The position numbers and the translations under genes were made by a program. Below the pieces are notes generated by a model. It had not been told where the DNA came from. It saw nothing but the letters and a program-made list of their open reading frames with translations, and did no database searches. A stretch of 59,247 nt of DNA. Origin: a virus. Lineage: Duplodnaviria; Caudoviricetes. The DNA lies in the IMG/VR virus record IMGVR_UViG_3300021961_000105, positions 1-59,247 of that record; one strand, given 5' to 3'. This document shows positions 38,301-47,300 of the stretch, piece after piece (within the stretch, counting starts at the first letter, position 1; every line of letters starts with the position of its first letter).

Positions 38301-41300
38301 ACTCATGATTTGCGGATGTTGTTACAGTTGATAATCCAGTAACTTCGTAATATGCAAATGTACTAATTCCAATTTCTGACCAACCTTCAAATACATGAGG
38401 AATAGTTGAAATTCCAGCATTCATAGTGAAACTGGTAGAACTTATAGAAGTTAGAACTGGGAATACTCTTCCATAAGAAGATGTGCCATCTGGGAAGATT
38501 GTTGTTGTAACACCTGCATGTTCTGCAGCACATGAGAAAGGTAAGTTAAATAAGAATACTTCATCACTAGTTTGATTTGCAGGTACATCATCTCGCAATA
38601 ATCCATGAGGAGAATAAGTAACAACTGTACAAATTCCACTAGCCTCATCATAAGAGAAGGTTTGAATACCAACTTCATCATAACCACAAGTAAATGCTAT
38701 GCCAGTGAGAGTTACAAGATCATCTTCACTAAGATTGTGAACAGAATCTGTAGTAATAGTAGTGACTCCGGTTATGTTATTATATAAAACGTTAGAAATA
38801 TTTAAAGAATCATATCTAATTGAGGTATCCGTGTATATTCCCACTGGAGTAAGTTTATCTCCAAGTTTGTATCCAATACCTGGGCGATCAAATTTAAAGT
38901 TTATGACACTGGATCCCATACCGATCTGAACAGAAAGTCTTGCATCCTGACCAACACCAGAAGATCCATCAGCGTAATCAAGTGATAGAGCACTATATCC
39001 AGTAGGCAAACCAATTACTGCGACTGGTAGGGAAGTTGTTGTGTATCCACTTCCAGCATTTACAACAGTATATCCTGTGATTGTTCCACCAGCACCGACA
39101 GAAGCGGTAATACTAGCACCAGTTCCAATAGTGGATGCAATGCTTACTACTGGAGCACTTCTATAACCAGAACCACCACCAGTAACAACAACATCACTAA
39201 TTGTTCCAGCAGCAGAAACAACTACAGTAGCCGCGGCACCAAGTAATGGTATGTAACCAAAACTGGTAGAAATGGAGACTTTCGATATTCTTCCAGCGTT
39301 TGGAGTACCACTTAAGAACCTCAGAACGTTTGTTCCACTACCATCTACAGTATAATCGACAGATGGGTTTTGGAAAACATTGTTGATTAGAACTATTGGA
39401 TTGTTACTAATTTCTGTTGCACTATTAACATCGTTGAAAACTGTGTCTGTTGTCTGGCCATTAGATTTTAAAGTAAATTCTGTCGCTGCAATACCAGTGA
39501 ATGACAACGATATATCATCGAATAGAATGTTCTTGTCCTCTGGAACACCAGCATCAAATCTTCTACTAAATGCTCTACCACCAAATATAGATCCGGTTTC
39601 TAATCCAACAGGACCTATTTGACCATATGGAGCAGTATCAAAATAAATTACATCACCAACAATATTGAAGCTACCGTTTAATACTGTAGCCGCAACACCA
39701 ACAGTATGTGCAGTTGAAACTGTTCCAAAGTAACCTCTCTCAACTTCCACATGATTTTCTGAAGAAACTCCAATCTTTTTGATTGAAACAAGTTCATTAT
39801 CAAGATTAATAATGTCACGAACATTTAATGAAGAAATTCCAGAAGAAACACTCAATATGTTTGTAGAAGCCGTAGAAACACTTGATGCAAGAACAACTTC
39901 AAGAGATTTTCTTGAGAGTGGTTTTTGTATTACTCCATCAATTGTTATTATTACACTAGCATTAGGATCTTTGTATTCTAGAGAATGTGTTGCAGTACCA
40001 ACACCAGTAAGATTCAAGAAAACACTGGTTGACAATCCAGCGAGTTTGAATTGATTATCATTTAGTTTAAATACGAAAAGATTAGATGGCAAAGAATCTG
40101 TGCCAAGTTCAAGTGGTCTGAAAGATAAATCATCATTTGATCCAGACCCACCGATATAAGTACCAGCAATTGAAATCACTGAATTGGAATCATATCCAGA
40201 TCCACCATTTAAAACATCGACAGAAGCAATTTCCCCATCATTATTTCTAAACACATTGAAAGTGGCTCCAGTTGCATCCGAAGAAGGAACTTCCAAATAA
40301 CTTTGATTTGCTTCTGCATCCAGTACTGTTGGACCTGTTGCGGAAACAACAAAACTCAAGTCATTTGTTGGAGTCGTTCCTCCCATGTATGTACCTGCGA
40401 TAGACACAGTTTCTCCAATCGAATATCCACTTCCACCCTTGATTAGAGTTATAGATGTTGAAAGTGGTTGTCCAGTAGATACACTATAAGTAATTGTAAC
40501 AGTGAATTCTGCATCAGTTCCTGTTGTTCCATTACCGACAGTTTGAACATACTGTTTGAAAGACGGTCCTACAGGAGACAGTACTGTAGATACACCTGTT
40601 ATAGAAGTTGTTAATGCGGATGTATATCCATTTTCAAGTATTGCAGTCCCATCAAACTCATGAACGTTCAATAGACTATCAACAGTTCCCGAAACATATG
40701 AAGTAGTTGCAATTCCAATAGGACTTCCATTTGTGTAAGAGTATATTAATTCTTGACCGGACTGGAAATTGTGGTTAAGAATAGTAAATGTATCTGTTGC
40801 AACATCAACACTAGAACCAGTAAATTCATGTTTGAATAGAGAAATTCCTTTATTTTTTAACTTAAAGGTACTCAATCCAACTACGGAACCACCTCTCGTT
40901 AATGATGGGAATGTTAAATCTGGTGCAAAATTTGTACCCAATCCAATAATTGTGGTTATAATTCCAACATAGTTACCGAGAGAAGCTCTGACATCTGCAC
41001 AATCTGCAGTTCCATAGAATTCTGTTGGAATACCGGCAAGACTACTATTTCCTACAGCAACCGTTAGAATTCCAACCAAGGTATCAATATTAGTTTGAAC
41101 ATCAGCACATGAAGATGGATCAGTATTAAATCCTGTAAGTGGGTCTGCTGTAATTGTAAGGTCCTTGGAATACAGTTGGTTTGTAACCGCCTGTTTCATG
41201 TATCCTTTTGCACTTTCAAATGCATAAATTGATTCAGATTCTTCGCCAATAAGTCCATCTGTTCTGGCAACCCCAGCACCATCAAAATACTTTTTAGTGT

Positions 41301-44300
41301 TGTATATTGTGTGTTGATTTGTTCCATAAGACAAGTCCTGTGCGACACCATCAACAATATAACTAAGATCACGATAACACTTATTACCACCAGTGGTATA
41401 GGTTCCAACATTAAGCGCTGGCAGAGTTGCCGTGGACCCTAGAGAGATGATTGACGTTATAATACCTACCAAGGTTATAACATTAGATTGAACGTCGGTA
41501 CAGGCGCTAGGATCTGTATTAGAAACTATGCTTCCTACACCATAAGTTGGTGGACCGGAAGTGATACCAACATCCTGAACAGAAAGTCCATTCCTAATGG
41601 CAATCTTCATCAAATCTCTGGACTGAACAAAGCCATAAATTGACTCCGATTTTCCTCCAGTCAATTTTCCAGAAATAATAATGTCATTACTAAAGTATTG
41701 AGCTGTAAATTCTCTAGAATATGTATTTCCTCCAGTAAATACGTCAACAGAGACTGCATCAACAAATTGACCCAAATCGGTCTTGAATTGAGAAATTACA
41801 GTAGAAATTCCTGGATAAACTGAAACAGTATTAGAATAAGAAGTATCAATAATTTCTTGTCTGTTTAATTGAATCAATCTATATCCATCATAATATCTCG
41901 ATCTCGCATTTGTTTGAGTATCTCCTGGGAAATAGAAATCCGGGAAGCCAATTCCAATGGAAGCAAGAGATCTATCTAGAATTTCTCTTCTATTTGCAAG
42001 AATAAGGTTTCTCGAATCCTTATACCTATTAACATCATCATTAAGTGGATCTGGGGTTACAGTGAAATTAAACTGTTGTTCTACTGATGATTGGTATAAG
42101 GTTGGTGGAGTTTGGTTATTAATTACATATTGTCCAATAAACTTTACATAGTTGTATGCAAATAATGTTTCATCGGTTTCATTTGTAACATATGAAGAAC
42201 CAGCATCCCAATATGCCAAACCAGCTTCAACAGACTTATTATTAGAATTATACTTAAGGTCGTGCGAAACAGCATCAACAATAAAACCAGTATCTCTGAG
42301 GCACTTTTCTTTACTATAAGTTGTACTCAATCCAATATTTGGATAATTAAATTCAACAAATGCAACTACCTCTTCTTTAATAAATTCTTTGTTTAAATCT
42401 AACAAATCAGAAGCGTCTGCATATCTTCCTCTCAGATATTGTTCGGAAGTTCCATTAAATTGACTAGAAATGTCATCAATACTTATAACCTTATTTGTTC
42501 TGTTCAATATGTAAGGTGCCAAATCAACTCCTTCATCAAAGAAAACATTTTGAGTTGATCCATTTTCTAATAATTCTTCCTCATAAACTTTAGCAAAATT
42601 TCTCCTAGTGTTCATTGATGTCACTTCATCAATATTGAGGAAAGTAAAAGAGTCAGTCGCAGCCAATATTGGTTTCATATTGGAAGACTTGGCTATTCCA
42701 ACAGAAACCTCATTTAATGTTGGACTTGTGACAATTTCCAAATCAGAAAATTCTTTAAATCCAGATGGGTGGACAATAGATCTTACAGATTCCCTCCAAG
42801 TAGAATATGGAATATTTCCTTTAATTGAATATGAGAACTTCTGGTAGTAGAAGTTATCAGATATTCTCTGAGAATATTCATTCAAAATACCGGAGGAAAG
42901 ATCTACCGAGGCAGTTTTGTCTCTGGAAACACCAAGAGTTGCAAATAAATTAAATTTATCAAAATATTCTACAGTACCAGTAATTTTAGATGTTTCTCCA
43001 TAAATCTTATCACCTACAGTTATATCGCCAGAAACATTTTTTAATCTCATTTGATTGAGAGTTCCATCCCAACCCCTCTCCATAATTCTACCGGAAAATC
43101 TTGGTGATGTAACAACTTCATTTGAAGAATAATTTACATCATCTTTCAAGATCATTTCAAAAACTGGCATATCATTTTTGTTAACTACGATACCCAGATT
43201 AAATTCATCACTATAATCACCAAAAGTGCCGGTAGATATACCAGTCATATCATAAGTGACAGTGTTGTTAACTGAATTTATTCCAGTAACAGTAAAGAAT
43301 GCATAGTCATATGAAGAAGAATTGAAATTAGCATTACCAAGAGCTCTTGTCTCATCTGTAAGTCTGCAGTTTTCAATAAAAATTTCATCTCCGACTTTAA
43401 AAGGATATACAAAATCAGTACTACCAAATCCAGTAGGTATAAATGGCGTCAGACCTGCAACGTTTGATAATTCCAGAGTTACAGAATCACCTACGACACT
43501 TATATTATCAATCTCATATCCATTTGAATTGAATATTGTTATCACTTCAAGTGGTTTAGCTATAGAGGTGGAGTTTTTATTGATAGTTACATTAGTTACT
43601 GATCCCCCAGAAATAACTGCACCGAGTTCTATTCCCAAATCACTATTTTTTACAAGTAATTTTGGTGGACTATTATATCTTCTACCGCCTGTTATTATTC
43701 CAACATAATCTATAGTTCTTATATCTTTTACACCAATAATCGTAGGAACACTCAAAGATGGTGATAATGTTGCGTCTGTTGGATAGTCAAATCCATCCTT
43801 CACTCTTGTAAAAGTTTCAACTCTACCAATAGTTGGAGATATTAACTTTACAACTGCATTTGTACCAGAATCACTCTTAATTTCTCTAACTTTAGGAACT
43901 TTGGAATATCCTCTTCCTGGGAAGTTTATTTTTAATTTAGATATTGGACCTAATGCAGTTGTGGATGTAGTTTTATAAGAAAAAGTTGTTAGATTTTCAT
44001 TTATAATCTGATTTTCAATAAATGTTGGTTTCTTGTTATTAAAGAAACTAAATGATTTATCAGTTACATTAGAAATAACAAAATCAGCATTAAGTCTGTG
44101 ATTTACAATACTAATTTTATTATTTGACAATACATCATAATCTGTAGATATTTGATTTTTACTTTGTTCGGAAGTTCCTTTAGTAAATAGTCCATAATAA
44201 ATTGGGAAAAACTGGCCAGATAGATCCAAAATTACTTTAGCACCAGGATCTCCGGAAATACCCTCTCTTTGCACAAAGAAACCTGTTCTTTCATTAATTT

Positions 44301-47300
44301 TTTCAACAAAATTAACATCAAAATAAAATTGTAAATCTAAACTTGAAAGACTAGAATCAGATAAATCAAATTCTATCTTTGTTGTTCTTATGCAAGTTAT
44401 TTGTGGATTTATAAAATGTAATTTTTGATCCGAACCACCAATAGAAGTGAAATTAACAAAATTAGAGTCTTCAATATCACTTCTATACTTACATAGTTTT
44501 ATTGCATTATAATCTGTTTTTAAAACATAATAAGTACCATAGTTTTCAAGACCATTTATTGGGTATTGAGCCACATAAACAACTTTATCGCCGGTTTCTA
44601 TATTACCATTATATGAAGAAACATCAATAGAATTATCAGATAATGAAACATCGGAATCAGAGAAAGAAACTTCTCTCATTAAAACTTTTCTATTTACAGG
44701 GTCAAAGAAAACTTTTACAACTTCATTATAGTCAGTGGTTATATTAAATTTAATAATATCATCAACTTGAAGATTATGATTGGATGTTGTAGTTACAACA
44801 CCTAAAGTTTTTCCTATAACTCCAGTAAGTTTAGGATATAAAGTAGTCAGAGAATGAGCTGCACCAATCACACCGTATGATTTTACCTGATCCCAAAATT
44901 CTACAGAATTGTTGTTAGTTCCAATACCATTGGAAGATGATGTTGTAAATCCAACCGTTGACAATCCGATAAAATCTCTACCCAGATTTACAGCGTAAAC
45001 TGTTTGATCATTCTCTAGTTGAATGGATTGAGCAACACCAACATTATTAACATATAAAGATGTTCCAGCAACACCGGATCCAGAATTGTATTTTAGTGGT
45101 TGACCTGTGTAGAATTTGTGACCAGGTAAATAGATACTTCTTGGTGGAATAAATCGGTTTTGCGCTGAGCTAGAACCAAAAGAAATAACACTTCTAATTG
45201 AACCTGTACTTCCAATTCCCACATCACTTCTAGGATCAAAAAATACACTATAGTTCTGTAATGAGTAGTCTTTTACCTCTCCAGTGGGAATTTCAAATTC
45301 TCTCGGAAGAAGAACTACATTGCCACCAGATACTGTATGAATTCCAGTATTTTCTAGTCTGTTTACATAAAAACCAGATCTCTTAAAATCAATACCAGTA
45401 ATTAATAATTTTTCTGTTCCAATTCCTATAAAATCATTGGTATTGAATCCATTAACATCTTTAACTTTTATAAAGGTAAACTTACTTGTTGTTGCTTCAT
45501 CTGCAATATCTTCGGATAATTGTACTTCTTTCTCCTGAACATTCGTTATTTTAACGCCTTGGAAAGCTGCTGCAGTAATAGTGGAGATTCCAGAAATTGT
45601 AATTGGTTGTTGATTTTTAATGCCATGAGGTCCTGAAGTTTTTATCAGAGTATTTGGTTGTCTTACAAAAAATTCTGCTTCAAGTACCTCTTCAACTATA
45701 GAAAAGTTCTCAACTTGTCTTCCTTCTAATTCACTTACAACAATATTTGGTTGTATTCCACCAGTTCCAGATATGTCTACATCTACCGGATCATTTACTT
45801 TATAGTTATCACCACTAGAGAATATTGAAACATCTTCTATTTTACCAGAATTTATTGATGTGACTGAAAATTCCTGTTTATACTCATCTAATACCGTATC
45901 AATTAAATCATAAGAAGAACTAGATCTATTCAAATAATATGGTCCAATATTTCTAGTTAGTTTTGTATCAAAAACATTAAAGTCTTGGTTAAATGCTGGT
46001 AAGAAGTTTTCTGCTGTTGGTTTATTGTAGAAATATGGACCAACAACATATGGATATTTTGGAATAGACTCATTTGATGCACTAACATCTATCGTTGAAA
46101 AATAAGCATATACACCATTAGGGTATTCTGGAGTTATTGCAAATCTACCATTATGAATGTCCAGATCTCCAGATCCATCATACTTATAATCATTGACAAA
46201 GAATCCCCCCTCAAAAGAAGGTGGTCTCTTACCACTAGTAGTATCAACATCTAAGACATAACCAGGATTCATTCTTCTTATGAATCCGCCGGTTGTAGTA
46301 TTATATGCATATGGTCCATAAATTGGATTACCATCATAAGCATAACCCAAAATGGGGGAGTGGTTTACCGTTCCCGTACTCTCCTTATTGTCTTCAGTAA
46401 AATTATCAGACAACTGATATCTCAATATCTTCGGTACGTAGAAAGAAATAAACTGTAGTCCCAGATTCGTATTTTTACTGGAATACAATATTCCATCGTC
46501 ATCTTTATTAATAACTTCTTTACTTTTAGATACTTGATTTATCTTCCATTCAGTTATATTAGCCAAGAATTTGGCATTTTGTCCCCTATTTTTTAAAGTC
46601 AACGTAGTATCTGATGATCCATAACCAACTCCACCAAAAACAATATTAACAGATTGAATAGATCCATCTGATATAATTGGTTCTAGTTGTGCAAAGTTTC
46701 CAGATCCACCTACTATTATTTCACAATTTTTTCTAAATCCCTTTCCTCTATTGATAATTTGAACGTCTACTATTGATCCATCTATAATAATAGGTTTCAA
46801 AATGGCATTGGAAGTTATACTTGAAACTCCAACATTAGGCCTTCTATGGAAATTAATAATATCAGTACATCCAAATCCAATTCCACCATCTTCAAGATAA
46901 ACATCATCAATTGATCCCAATACAATGGGAACCAATTCAGAGGTAATTATCGTTGTAGCTCCAGTACCAGACTTAGATTCCACTTTTATCTCAATAGGTG
47001 GATATCCAAAAGTATGGGTTCCTACTCCCAAAGACTCAAATTTAACAAATTTATTTTTATCGTAATTTTCGGAACTTAATTGAGTACTAACTCCAGCACT
47101 GTATAGTCTAAATTTGTTGTTATTTATTACTTTTACTTGATAATATAAAGATGTCGATAATCCACTAATAGGAGTATCTGATGATTGATAAACTACAAAT
47201 TCTTCATTAGAGAATCCGTGATTTCTTGCATAAACATATGAATCAAAAGTATTAATGCCCGCGATATTATCGTTTGAAGAAAGTAGTGAGGGAACTTTTA

